Sequence record: MG592671.1
Reading direction: 5' to 3' (one strand)
DNA: 64,000 nucleotides
A program made the translations under genes and the position numbers. The notes under the pieces were generated by a model. It saw only the letters and a list, made by a program, of their open reading frames with translations. It searched no databases and was not told the origin of the DNA. Shown in pieces: positions 29,621 to 39,255 of this stretch. Numbering within the stretch: the stretch's first letter is position 1; every line of letters starts with the position of its first letter.

Positions 29621-29878
29621 ATGAAACCAATTACTCTTTTGATTATTACTTTCTTGCTGGCAACGTTGCCAGCAAGAAGTATAGCCCAAGACTTGCAATC
29701 ACACAAAAATGATGTTAGTGATAGGGTCGAGACTATCGAAGAAAAAATAGCTAAGTTGGAAAAAACACATATAGAACTTAAAGAAACTATATCTAGACTA
29801 GAAAAAAAAGTTGATGATACTAATCGTAGATTGACTATTTTAACTGGCACTTATTACGGAGCATCAGGGGGAAACTAA
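29621..29878 (+). CDS. Exported coiled-coil protein
   Basis: Signal peptide then heptad repeats. Confidence 0.55.
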   Translation: MKPITLLIITFLLATLPARSIAQDLQSHKNDVSDRVETIEEKIAKLEKTHIELKETISRLEKKVDDTNRRLTILTGTYYGASGGN

Positions 29879-30834
29879 TGAGGTACATTTTAAGTTTACT
29901 CGCTGGTGTGACTTTTTTATCGCATTCTGCAGAGGTATATCGCACTGAAAATTCTGTTGTGAATGCGAACGCGTATATTGAATATTCAGTTATGACCGGA
30001 CACGATCCAACAGAAAGCCCTTACATATCTGATAGTAAAGACCGAGATATATTAGGAGTGTCTGGGGTATATGTTTATGATATTAATACTGCATTCCTAG
30101 GCTCAGTGATGCGAGATACCACTAAAGATAAATGGGAACATCACTTTGCTGGCGTTAACATATCAGATACAAATACGAGCTGGACTGTTCTATACGGAAA
30201 ACAACCGTCAATATACGATGTTCAGGCAGGAAAAGGTGATTATAGCTACAAATTAGGTGGTGTGACTGTAGGTGGTGAACTAGGTGGCGGTATAACAGAC
30301 AACACCATACGCTCAACACTAGTCGAAAATCGTCTTGCTTTTGGGGTTTCGCATAGTTTTGGATACAAATCTATTGATAACATCACAGCTTTTGCGGCAA
30401 GATACGCGTTTGATGATGTTACAGTGAGTATTGGGTATCTATCAGGGCTAAGCTTTACTAAAAAAGGCTATGATAACATAGACATTGACAGAAAATATAA
30501 ATTATCATCTACTGCATACCAAACCGGGATAGCTTATACTAAAGACAAGTTGTCATTAGGTGCGTCAATTGAAAAGGCTAATATTGGGAGATGGAATGTT
30601 CTATCTTACGAGGTTGGTGTGCGATATTTTGTATCAGATAAAATGTCGTTTGCTTCCACATATGGAAACAGAGATGCCACATTCAAGAAAACACAGTCTG
30701 ATATTTCCACAAATCAAATAACATTTGGCACTGGATATAAAGTACACCCTAATGCTGAACTGTATGCTGAAGTTAGACAAGATTTTTATGGAAGATACAG
30801 TGCTAGTGCTATAGGAACTAAAATATATTTTTAA
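29878..30834 (+). CDS. Outer-membrane porin (OmpU/OmpC-like)
   Basis: Signal peptide, mature N-terminus AEVY, YGKQ, amphipathic strands, terminal KIYF. Confidence 0.8.
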   Translation: MRYILSLLAGVTFLSHSAEVYRTENSVVNANAYIEYSVMTGHDPTESPYISDSKDRDILGVSGVYVYDINTAFLGSVMRDTTKDKWEHHFAGVNISDTNTSWTVLYGKQPSIYDVQAGKGDYSYKLGGVTVGGELGGGITDNTIRSTLVENRLAFGVSHSFGYKSIDNITAFAARYAFDDVTVSIGYLSGLSFTKKGYDNIDIDRKYKLSSTAYQTGIAYTKDKLSLGASIEKANIGRWNVLSYEVGVRYFVSDKMSFASTYGNRDATFKKTQSDISTNQITFGTGYKVHPNAELYAEVRQDFYGRYSASAIGTKIYF

Positions 30835-30839
30835 CGTTC

Positions 30840-30863
30840 AAAACCCGTTACACGGGTTTTTTT
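30840..30863 (+). terminator. Rho-independent terminator
   Basis: AAAACCCGT-TAC-ACGGGTTTTTTT. Confidence 0.9.
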
Positions 30864-30944
30864 GTGACTATACGAATAGGTTATTGTTTTTTGCGTCAAT
30901 AAAAAATGTTATAACAAAATATATTATTTTACTTAGACTATAAA

Positions 30945-31601
30945 ATGAACATATTAAAAAATATCATTGTTAAGATGTTAATAGTAACAGGTTTATGCAC
31001 TGTGGGCCTAATGTCTATAGTAGGGTATGCAGTTTTTAAGGATTATATTGACACCACTCAATATGACATATCTGAGGCTATGGGAGCATCAAACGTTTAC
31101 GTTGATGGGAATGTCATAGTGATTGATGGCATTCTAGATGAATTTACCCTACCGCAAGTAAAGAATGTATTTTACGATAATATTAAGACTAATAATATCA
31201 ATACATTGTCTATAAAAAGTAATGGCGGCTCTGTTAACGCTGGATTAGAAATCGCAGATTTCGTTCATCAACACCAACTCAACACATTTGCTCCAAAAGA
31301 TTGCCACTCTGCATGTACGTTGGTGTTCACCGCTGGGATAAAAAAGACTATAACATTTGATACTGTTATGGGATTTCATGCACCAGGATGGCAGTTTAAA
31401 GAGAAATCATATTCAAAAGATACAGTAGGTGAGTTTGTCGCTACTGTTAACGATTATGCTGGTAAAATGATGAAACATTATATTGATAGTGGCATGTCGA
31501 CATCATTTGTTGCATCAATGTTCTCAACACCTTTTGAGGAAATTGAGTATTATAATGCAACTGAATTACTGAAAAACAAGGTTGCAAATTCTATACAGTG
31601 A
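30945..31601 (+). CDS. Membrane-anchored ClpP/crotonase-fold peptidase-like protein
   Basis: N-terminal TM, SNGGSV, CHSAC, GFHAP. Confidence 0.7.
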   Translation: MNILKNIIVKMLIVTGLCTVGLMSIVGYAVFKDYIDTTQYDISEAMGASNVYVDGNVIVIDGILDEFTLPQVKNVFYDNIKTNNINTLSIKSNGGSVNAGLEIADFVHQHQLNTFAPKDCHSACTLVFTAGIKKTITFDTVMGFHAPGWQFKEKSYSKDTVGEFVATVNDYAGKMMKHYIDSGMSTSFVASMFSTPFEEIEYYNATELLKNKVANSIQ

Positions 31602-31608
31602 GAGATAC

Positions 31609-31770
31609 ATGGATGATTTAGAGATATATGTCAATGCCACATGTCATGGACAATTTTTAGACGAAATAGGCATTGATATTCAAATATCCTATGCTGAAGA
31701 TGATGATGCTTGGATAGAACATGCATTAGAATATGGGGTTAACCCTGAATTAGAACTAAGGGAGTCTTAG
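31609..31770 (+). CDS. hypothetical protein
   Basis: Short ORF upstream of NadM-Nudix. Confidence 0.5.
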   Translation: MDDLEIYVNATCHGQFLDEIGIDIQISYAEDDDAWIEHALEYGVNPELELRES

Positions 31771-31771
31771 T

Positions 31772-32848
31772 ATGAAACAAGAAAAAGTTTACGCTTATAT
31801 TGGGCGTTTCCAAGGAGCTCATAACGGGCACTACGACACAACAATCCAATCGCTAGCGAAGTGCGATCACTTAGTTATTGTTGTTGGGTCTTATGAGAAA
31901 GCCAGAGATCCAAAAAACCCATTCCAATTTAAAGAAATTAAAGCAGTTCTAGAAGAGATGCTAGAGCCAACAATTTCTTCATACCGTTCAATGGGAATTA
32001 GTAAAAAACTATCAATCGTGCCAGTCCACGATTACGTTTACAACAATACCAAGTGGCTATCAGAAGTACAATCACAAGTATCATCTGTTACTAATTCATC
32101 AGATATTACACTTACTGGGTATAACAAAGATGAAAGCTCTTTTTACTTAAAGTTTTTCCCGCAATGGAAACAAGACTTTTTGAAGGAAAGTGTTCAAGGT
32201 ATCGACGCAACAACAATCCGCAATTCTTTCTTTGGCGAAGGTAAAATCGAATACGATATGCTACCTGATGCTACTGCGAAATTCCTTGCTAATTTCAAAT
32301 TGAACCACCAATATGTTTACGATATTATACGTGCTGAACATAAGTGTGTTCTTGATTACAAAGAAGATCATAAAGATATGCCATGGCAAGCTCCGTTCTT
32401 GACTGGTGATGCTGTTGTAACGTGCGCAGGTCATATTCTACTAATCGAGCGCGGGGAGTTCCCAGGCAAAGGTCTATGGGCATTACCAGGTGGTTTCTTT
32501 AAGAACCAAGTAGATGCAACTATACCAGGCGATAAAGTGGATTACGATCAAATTGATTCAGCAATCCGTGAACTACGTGAAGAAACAAAACTAAAAGTGC
32601 CATATCCAGTTCTGCGCGGTTGTATCCGTGAGAGTGTTGATTTTACGCACCCAAATCGTTCTTTGCGCTGGCGTATCATGACTAAGGCATCGTACATCGT
32701 TTTGAACGATACTACGTTACCGCGTGTACGTGGATCCGATGATGCTAAGAAAGCTATGTGGATTCCGATCAACGACGTGAAAACGAATCGTAGTAAGTTC
32801 TTCGAAGATCATGTACATATCATTGATACGTTTTTAGGCGTACTGTAA
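31772..32848 (+). CDS. nadM: Bifunctional NMN adenylyltransferase / ADP-ribose Nudix hydrolase (NadM-Nudix, NatV-like)
   Basis: IGRFQGAHNGH; ALPGGF...AIRELREET; FEDH. Confidence 0.92.
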   Translation: MKQEKVYAYIGRFQGAHNGHYDTTIQSLAKCDHLVIVVGSYEKARDPKNPFQFKEIKAVLEEMLEPTISSYRSMGISKKLSIVPVHDYVYNNTKWLSEVQSQVSSVTNSSDITLTGYNKDESSFYLKFFPQWKQDFLKESVQGIDATTIRNSFFGEGKIEYDMLPDATAKFLANFKLNHQYVYDIIRAEHKCVLDYKEDHKDMPWQAPFLTGDAVVTCAGHILLIERGEFPGKGLWALPGGFFKNQVDATIPGDKVDYDQIDSAIRELREETKLKVPYPVLRGCIRESVDFTHPNRSLRWRIMTKASYIVLNDTTLPRVRGSDDAKKAMWIPINDVKTNRSKFFEDHVHIIDTFLGVL

Positions 32849-32855
32849 AACTTGT

Positions 32856-32877
32856 TAGGGGCTTCGGCCCCTACTTT
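32856..32877 (+). terminator. Terminator with cUUCGg loop
   Basis: TAGGGGC-TTCG-GCCCCTA-CTTT. Confidence 0.8.
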
Positions 32878-32891
32878 AAAGAGATAGTTTT

Positions 32892-33053
32892 ATGATTAAA
32901 AACAAAGAAAGTGCTATGGGCAGATTTGATGAAATCTGCTTTGAGATTAGAGAATCTCAGGAACTTCTTCCTTGGTCAAAACAGATGGATGATGACATTT
33001 ATCTGTTAGCAAATCAAAAATTAATTGAAGAAATATTTTCAGAAGCGCTATAG
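32892..33053 (+). CDS. 53-aa hypothetical protein absent from the ORF track
   Basis: MIKNKESAMGRFDEIC... Confidence 0.55.
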   Translation: MIKNKESAMGRFDEICFEIRESQELLPWSKQMDDDIYLLANQKLIEEIFSEAL

Positions 33054-33081
33054 CTTCTTACTTTACTTTAAAGAGATTAAA

Positions 33082-33444
33082 ATGAATCTAAAAGAAAAAG
33101 CTCTAGAATATCTAGCTGAGTTCCAACGCAGTGATCTGTACGCAAGTATATACAAAGCTGACCCATATGAACTGTTCTTCGGTATTATCTTCTCTGTGTT
33201 TATGGCACTATTTTTGGCGCTAGCTGGCATAGTATTATATTCAGGATCACATATGCCAATTTCAGCCACAATCATATTAATGCCATTTATGTGCATGATG
33301 GCGGTAGGTATCATACATGGACTGGATGCACAATCAATCTCAGCCCGAAAAGTGTTTTGGGGTGGTATTTTATTGTATGTGGTTTCTCATGCTTTAGGAA
33401 CAATTGGCTTTGGTACAATCATTTTATGTAAGGCACTATTCTAA
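33082..33444 (+). CDS. Membrane protein
   Basis: Three hydrophobic segments. Confidence 0.65.
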   Translation: MNLKEKALEYLAEFQRSDLYASIYKADPYELFFGIIFSVFMALFLALAGIVLYSGSHMPISATIILMPFMCMMAVGIIHGLDAQSISARKVFWGGILLYVVSHALGTIGFGTIILCKALF

Positions 33445-33767
33445 TGTGGGTATTTGATCAAATCGTTAACGAAATATTCCTGTCAATATTTGTAATTGTA
33501 TTTTTCGTAGTTACTATATGGATGCTATGTTTATCAACAACGTATGTGACTACTGGCCCAGATAAGCCAGGAGAATCATATTACGAAGAGCGCAGAGCTA
33601 AGAACTCAGGAAAACTCCAAGAGCTGGATCCGTTAGAGATTCAAGGAATTGGTGGCAACGCACAAGTAGAACATTTACCAGAATCTCAAGAGTATCCTCC
33701 TATCCCACCAGTAAAAGATCCAAAAACTGCAGATACTAAGGTTGAACTCACTATAAACTTTAGATAA
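33444..33767 (+). CDS. Membrane-anchored protein
   Basis: N-terminal TM, Pro-rich tail. Confidence 0.65.
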   Translation: MWVFDQIVNEIFLSIFVIVFFVVTIWMLCLSTTYVTTGPDKPGESYYEERRAKNSGKLQELDPLEIQGIGGNAQVEHLPESQEYPPIPPVKDPKTADTKVELTINFR

Positions 33768-33811
33768 TGTTATAAAACCTGCTTTATGTGTTATAATACA
33801 GTATAAGCAGG
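33768..33811 (+). promoter_or_regulatory. Phage promoter inside an inverted repeat
   Basis: TGTTATA-N14-TGTTATAAT; CCTGCTT/AAGCAGG. Confidence 0.7.
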
Positions 33812-33831
33812 CATTAATAAAAGGACACGCA

Positions 33832-34020
33832 ATGGACATTGCATCAATTTATGCTGGTGGTATAATACCGTGTATTATATTATTCTCAATAATTATAGTA
33901 AAGCTAAAATCTAAGAATATGGATAATTACTTAGACTATGTGTATGGATGCGGTGCTATATTAACGTGGCCAATATCGGCTGTTATCATTAGTTACTTAA
34001 TAATCACTAAGGTGAAATAA
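33832..34020 (+). CDS. Small membrane protein
   Basis: Two TM segments. Confidence 0.6.
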   Translation: MDIASIYAGGIIPCIILFSIIIVKLKSKNMDNYLDYVYGCGAILTWPISAVIISYLIITKVK

Positions 34021-34021
34021 T

Positions 34022-34392
34022 ATGTTTGGTTTATCTGTAAGTTCAATGCTTATGCTTTATCTTGTTAACGTTGTTGTTGTCTACGTTGTACTTGCTGGCT
34101 TTATGCCAACTTGGTTAGGAGCTAAAATCAATTACAGAGGCAAAAGTCTCCGCTTAATGCTTATGGCACTTGGGTGGCTGCCACTAGCTATTGGCTCTAT
34201 GGTCTACATGTCAATTCGCAAAAATCGTGATATTGATAGTATGCATGAAGAGTTAGAGGCAACTCGCGAAGAGGCAGAAAAGAAAGACCTAAAAAAGCAG
34301 TAAAGTTTGACGAAGAGGCAGAATTCGTACAAACTGAAGAAAATCTAACTAAGAAAGAAGAAAAGCTTTCTTGGTGGCAAAAACTGCCATAG
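34022..34392 (+). CDS. Two-TM protein with a probable -1 frameshift extension (zero-frame stop at 34303)
   Basis: A_AAA_AAG at 34291-34297 plus a downstream hairpin; the -1 frame is open to 34392. Confidence 0.55.
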
Positions 34393-34463
34393 CAACATAA
34401 CAAAAATAGGGTACTAATGTACTCTATATTAACTTCATTCTCAAACAACTAGGGGAGTCCATT

Positions 34464-35204
34464 ATGTTTGAAGCGCTACAGGGCTTATATCAAGCCTCGC
34501 TAGAACCAGTAATCACTTTAGGGTGGCCACTTAGCACGTTAGATTTTATCATCCTAGCGTTCAACCTCACTTGTGTTTATCTTGTTGGTAAAAACAATAT
34601 TTTAAATTACCCGATCGGGATGGTCGCAATTGTTGCTTACACTTTCATGTGTTTCAGCTTTGGTTTTTATAGTGAATTCTTCCTGCAAATTTATTTCTTC
34701 ATTGCCAGCATTATTGGTTGGTATATGTGGCGTGACCGCGGCTTATTCGAAACACTGCAACCACGTTATATTGGAATTCCTAGTTTAGTTGGTGTTATTG
34801 TAATGTGGGCTGGATGTGCTGCTATTTTAGGCACAAACATTGACGCATTATTTGCAGGATTTGTTGAACTAATTGCTCCAGTCCTAACAGTGCTGAACAG
34901 TGGTGTGCCTATTGAATACGTGCATTCTCCTGCTGCTTATCCTTACATTGACGCATTCACAACTGTTGGTCAAGTTATTGCCATGATCATGATGATGCGT
35001 AAATTTGTTGAAAGTTGGTACATTTGGTTGACTATCAATGCAGTAAGCGCACCAATGTTTTACCTCAAAGGTGGTTACGGAATTACAATCATGTTCACGT
35101 TGTTCTTCTTAAACGCCATGCTAGGTCTTTATCGTTGGCGCAAGCTAGAAAAAGAACACCGTAAAACTGAAATGCTATCGCCAATTTCCCACTTACACTC
35201 GTAA
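34464..35204 (+). CDS. pnuC: Nicotinamide riboside transporter
   Basis: NYPIG, SEFFLQIYF, IGWYMW, YPYIDAFTT, ESWYIW. Confidence 0.92.
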   Translation: MFEALQGLYQASLEPVITLGWPLSTLDFIILAFNLTCVYLVGKNNILNYPIGMVAIVAYTFMCFSFGFYSEFFLQIYFFIASIIGWYMWRDRGLFETLQPRYIGIPSLVGVIVMWAGCAAILGTNIDALFAGFVELIAPVLTVLNSGVPIEYVHSPAAYPYIDAFTTVGQVIAMIMMMRKFVESWYIWLTINAVSAPMFYLKGGYGITIMFTLFFLNAMLGLYRWRKLEKEHRKTEMLSPISHLHS

Positions 35205-35210
35205 TACAAA

Positions 35211-35230
35211 GCCTAGAATTTGTTCTAGGC
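35211..35230 (+). other. Intergenic hairpin
   Basis: GCCTAGAA/TTCTAGGC, no U tract. Confidence 0.5.
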
Positions 35231-35253
35231 CATTAACTTAACAGGGATTAATT

Positions 35254-36267
35254 ATGAAAAAAGGGTTAGCTTTTGGTAAGTATTGGCCAATGACTGTTGG
35301 TCATGAATACTATTTGAAAGAATCTGCAACCAAGGTAGATGAACTTACTATTATTGTTTGCGGTAATGAAACTCAGAGATTTATGGATATCACGCCACGT
35401 GATAGACATATTGCGATGATCAGATTCGTTGAGGATTACATACCTAATGGTAAGGTTATCTTCTTCGATGATATTGATATGCCACAAGGAGCTGCAACTC
35501 CAGAAGAAAGTTTGGAAACTTCTAGTGTGTGGGCTGAAAAGTTTAAAGAATTGGCTCCTGGAACTACTCACGTTTGTACTTCTGAACGATATGGTGATGA
35601 AGTAGCAGAGTTTATGGGCATTGAACATATTTGTATTGACGAACAGCGATCAACAGTTAACATCTCAGCAACGATGATACGTAATGACGTTTTTCAGTAT
35701 TGGCACATGATGAATGAATACATGCAGAAGTGCTGCACTTTTAAAGTTTGTGTTTATGGCCCAGAAAGCTGTGGTAAAACCACAGTAGCTAAAAAACTAG
35801 CCAAATTATTCGACGCACAGTTTATTCCAGAACATGCACGAATGATTCTCCCTGATATGAATCTTACTAAAGAGGTTTTTGAGGATATTGCTATTGGGCA
35901 GTACGCTAGGGTGTTCGAGGCTCCTCCAGAAAAGTTAATACAAATTTGCGATACAGACTTAAACATTACAACAGCATATGCTGAGTGGTATCTGAATAAC
36001 GTTCCGAATATAGTGAGCAAATTACAGTCTAAAGAGAAGTATGATTTATATGTGATGTTGGCGCCTACCGTTGAATGGGTAAACGATGGACTTCGTGACA
36101 TACATCATGATAATCATCGACAATACATGTTTCAACGACTGCTCTCTTCAATGAAAGCTACTGGAACTCCATATGTTATTATTGACGATAAGAACTACTC
36201 AGACCGCCTCAGTAAAGCAGTAGAGCGTGTTGGAGTGGAATTATTCAAACGAGGGCTACAAAATTGA
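35254..36267 (+). CDS. nadR: NadR-like NMN adenylyltransferase / ribosylnicotinamide kinase
   Basis: FGKYWPMTVGH, SATMIR, Walker A GPESCGKTT, CDTD; no HTH domain. Confidence 0.9.
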   Translation: MKKGLAFGKYWPMTVGHEYYLKESATKVDELTIIVCGNETQRFMDITPRDRHIAMIRFVEDYIPNGKVIFFDDIDMPQGAATPEESLETSSVWAEKFKELAPGTTHVCTSERYGDEVAEFMGIEHICIDEQRSTVNISATMIRNDVFQYWHMMNEYMQKCCTFKVCVYGPESCGKTTVAKKLAKLFDAQFIPEHARMILPDMNLTKEVFEDIAIGQYARVFEAPPEKLIQICDTDLNITTAYAEWYLNNVPNIVSKLQSKEKYDLYVMLAPTVEWVNDGLRDIHHDNHRQYMFQRLLSSMKATGTPYVIIDDKNYSDRLSKAVERVGVELFKRGLQN

Positions 36268-36749
36268 AAACAACAGATATTTGCATTGAGCAGCTCACGA
36301 CAGACATTCGTGAAATTATTCTTCCTATCGTCCATAAACATGAATGGTCTCCAACTGAAATGCTTGCTCTTGCAATCACACTAGATAATAGCATCGATGA
36401 TTTCGTAAAGACAATCAAAATTGCAAAAGAAAAATGTACTGATGTCGTTGTGTTGTTTGGTTCTCCGCGATTTGTTGGCAACGAAGCAACAAAGCCTGAT
36501 ATGATCGACACTTATGATATCGGCTCAACTCGCTCATCCTTTATGGGAGAAGAACACTTCAAAAACAATTCAGCAAACTTCACTCAAGAAGTGACGTACG
36601 AAGATATTGTTGCACAATCAGCAGATCATATCCTAGATCATTTTTCTATGGGACGTTGTTCTCGAGAAATGATAATTTGTGTTGAGTACTTTGTGAAAGA
36701 AATCCGAGATTCGATTACTAAAGTAAATTATCGTATCCCAAAAGAATAA
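36264..36749 (+). CDS. hypothetical protein
   Basis: TTG start overlapping nadR. Confidence 0.6.
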   Translation: MKTTDICIEQLTTDIREIILPIVHKHEWSPTEMLALAITLDNSIDDFVKTIKIAKEKCTDVVVLFGSPRFVGNEATKPDMIDTYDIGSTRSSFMGEEHFKNNSANFTQEVTYEDIVAQSADHILDHFSMGRCSREMIICVEYFVKEIRDSITKVNYRIPKE

Positions 36750-36756
36750 ATGGTAG

Positions 36757-36783
36757 CTCCTAGTAAATAACATAAACTAGGAG
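36757..36783 (+). promoter_or_regulatory. Late-type promoter within an SD-occluding hairpin
   Basis: CTCCTAGT/ACTAGGAG around GTAAATA (36763). Confidence 0.65.
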
Positions 36784-36789
36784 AAAACT

Positions 36790-37008
36790 ATGAATAAAGA
36801 AATGAAACTTTTGATAGACGAGTATGCTGAATCTGTTATAACTGAGCTTGAAGAGTCTCTTGCAGACACAACTCAGAAAATAGGAGACCAAACAGCAGCA
36901 AACGAACTTCAAAAAAAGTTAAAAAAAGCTAAACCGCAATCTGCCAAAAAGCCAAGAGAGCAAAAAATTGGTGCATTTTCACCATTCTCAGCTGATACTC
37001 GCGGATAA
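36790..37008 (+). CDS. Small, probably late protein
   Basis: SD GGAG; late-type promoter. Confidence 0.7.
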   Translation: MNKEMKLLIDEYAESVITELEESLADTTQKIGDQTAANELQKKLKKAKPQSAKKPREQKIGAFSPFSADTRG

Positions 37009-37067
37009 GAAAACTTGCTTGAAGAATGTTCTTCAAGCTTTTTATAAACACTAAGGGAGTCTTAGTT

Positions 37068-38555
37068 ATGAAAAATGAAAATCCTATTGTTCGTTCTGTA
37101 AATCCAACTGTTGAGTACAATACAATACTTGACATCGATTCGTATAAAGAGTTGCACGGAGCTATGCTTCCTGGAGGTGTTGTTAATCTCTCAGCAAGTA
37201 TTATCCCTCGTAAACCTAATGCTCACGCAACGCATGTAGTTGCAATGGGTCATCAGTATTATATTCGCCGCTATCTGCAAAGAGCCATCACTCAGGAGAT
37301 GATTGATGAGGCTGCAATTGAGATTGATGAGCAAGGTTACGAGTTTAACCGCGCGCGTTGGAATTATATTTTAAATCGCTACAAAGGTAAACTTCCTCTG
37401 GAGGTACGAGCAGTCCCTGAAGGGACAGTGCTTCCAGTTGGAGTTCCATCAGTAGTTATCGAGACTACTGATAAAAAGTGTGCGTGGCTTGTTGGTCGTA
37501 TTGAAACAGCAATACAACGCAACGAGTGGAAGTTCAGTACAGTGGCGAGTATTTCTCGTGCTGTTAAAACTTATCTTCAAGATGTTATGGAAGATATGGA
37601 AGGTTACCGAGACGTGCCATTCCACCTCCACAACTTTGGAGATCGTGGGGCTGACGCGTACGAAGCTGCAATAATAGCTGGCATGGCACATCTTACGCAA
37701 TTTAGCGGTACAGATTGTCTATCAGCGAACAAGCACATCAAATGGCTATATAATACTAATAAGCCGTACGGCTCATCTGTTATCGCAACAGAGCATAGCG
37801 TAATGTGTGCCTGGTCTGACCCAGAAGCACGTGATGACTATAAAGCTGCGGTGATGGCTGTTGATCTGCTAGAAAAGGCGGTAGAACGTTTCGAGAATAC
37901 TGGAAAAGGCGTGCCTATAGTGTCTGTTGTTATCGACACATACGATGCATATCGATTCACTCGTGATTACATTGGTGGGTATCTAAAAGATCGCATTGTA
38001 GCGCTTGGTGCTCGCGGCGGGCGTTTGGTATGTCGTCCTGATTCAGGCGATGCAACTACTATGCCAATTGAGATCATTGAAATCTTAATGGATAAGTTTG
38101 GTTACGAAACTAATGAGAAAGGTTTCCGCAATCTTCCTAGCTACATTGGAGTAATCCAAGGTGATGGTATCAACCAAACTAGCTTACGCACAATTGTTGA
38201 TAATCTGTATAAGAGCAAAATGTCTCTACAAAATCTTGTATTTGGAATGGGTTCAGGCCTAGTCCATGATGCAGGGCGTGATGAGTTCAGTTTTGCTATG
38301 AAGGCAACTGCTCGTCAAATGGAAGATGGGACTTGGGTTGACATGTTTAAAGATCCGATTACTGACCATAAAAAGAAATCGCTGAAAGGCCGTTGTACTA
38401 CTTTCAAATGTAATGCAACAGGTAAGATCTTTGCTGATCGTATTGGCAGTCAAAGCGATAACAGCAGCGTGGTTGATATGATGGAAATTGTATACCGTGA
38501 TGGTAACATCCTGGTTGAATATGATTTTGACCAAGTTCGCGAAGCTTCAAAATAA
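37068..38555 (+). CDS. nadV: Nicotinamide phosphoribosyltransferase
   Basis: DIDSYK, LHNFGDRG, ATEHS, RPDSG, QGDG, KSLKGR. Confidence 0.93.
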   Translation: MKNENPIVRSVNPTVEYNTILDIDSYKELHGAMLPGGVVNLSASIIPRKPNAHATHVVAMGHQYYIRRYLQRAITQEMIDEAAIEIDEQGYEFNRARWNYILNRYKGKLPLEVRAVPEGTVLPVGVPSVVIETTDKKCAWLVGRIETAIQRNEWKFSTVASISRAVKTYLQDVMEDMEGYRDVPFHLHNFGDRGADAYEAAIIAGMAHLTQFSGTDCLSANKHIKWLYNTNKPYGSSVIATEHSVMCAWSDPEARDDYKAAVMAVDLLEKAVERFENTGKGVPIVSVVIDTYDAYRFTRDYIGGYLKDRIVALGARGGRLVCRPDSGDATTMPIEIIEILMDKFGYETNEKGFRNLPSYIGVIQGDGINQTSLRTIVDNLYKSKMSLQNLVFGMGSGLVHDAGRDEFSFAMKATARQMEDGTWVDMFKDPITDHKKKSLKGRCTTFKCNATGKIFADRIGSQSDNSSVVDMMEIVYRDGNILVEYDFDQVREASK

Positions 38556-38585
38556 CTTGCACGGAAATTTTACTTATGTGCACCT

Positions 38586-38610
38586 ATAAGCCCACAGTGT
38601 GGGCTTATTA
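38586..38610 (+). terminator. Terminator-like hairpin
   Basis: ATAAGCCCAC/GTGGGCTTAT. Confidence 0.7.
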
Positions 38611-38627
38611 TTAATTAGAGAGATGAT

Positions 38628-38918
38628 ATGCCACCACTTACTGATACTGAATTAGAATATTGGCGAATTGCTGCTAATAACACCCTCTTCAAGTGCAATC
38701 TTTCTACCCAGGCAACAACACATAAAGTAGTGCCGATTGATTCAACGTTCGTAACTGATAAAACAAACGAAACTATTTCGTTTAGTCTTATGATGGATTT
38801 AGTTGAGTACTTTAATATGCGCCCTCACACACGAGACGGTATAATTGCAGGGTATGGTTTACAACAAACTCATCTTAGCAAAATGATCAAAAAAAACTAC
38901 TTGAAAGCGACCAAGTAA
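38628..38918 (+). CDS. hypothetical protein
   Basis: ORF. Confidence 0.65.
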   Translation: MPPLTDTELEYWRIAANNTLFKCNLSTQATTHKVVPIDSTFVTDKTNETISFSLMMDLVEYFNMRPHTRDGIIAGYGLQQTHLSKMIKKNYLKATK

Positions 38919-38943
38919 CTGTTACATTAATGATAGGTTAATT

Positions 38944-39255
38944 ATGCAATATATCTTAACATCTGAAGAGTACCAAGATCTTAAAAATCGAGCCGAACAG
39001 TCTGTACCTAACAACAAGTTACTTACTGAGTGTGTTAAAATTGCAACTACGACTCCTATCCTATATTGGAATAATACAGAACCAAGAATTTGGGGATGCC
39101 CGCATGCGGATTTAGCTCTTCCTGTTGATAAGAGAAAGAAATGGGATGAATTAGGTTGGCACTGGGATGAGGCTCAAGACATCGAATGGTGCGATTATTG
39201 TGACGAATGTATTGTCCAGCATATATGCCCTGCTACTAAATCATGGAGTAAGTGA
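38944..39255 (+). CDS. Cys-rich hypothetical protein
   Basis: WCDYCDECIVQHIC. Confidence 0.7.
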   Translation: MQYILTSEEYQDLKNRAEQSVPNNKLLTECVKIATTTPILYWNNTEPRIWGCPHADLALPVDKRKKWDELGWHWDEAQDIEWCDYCDECIVQHICPATKSWSK

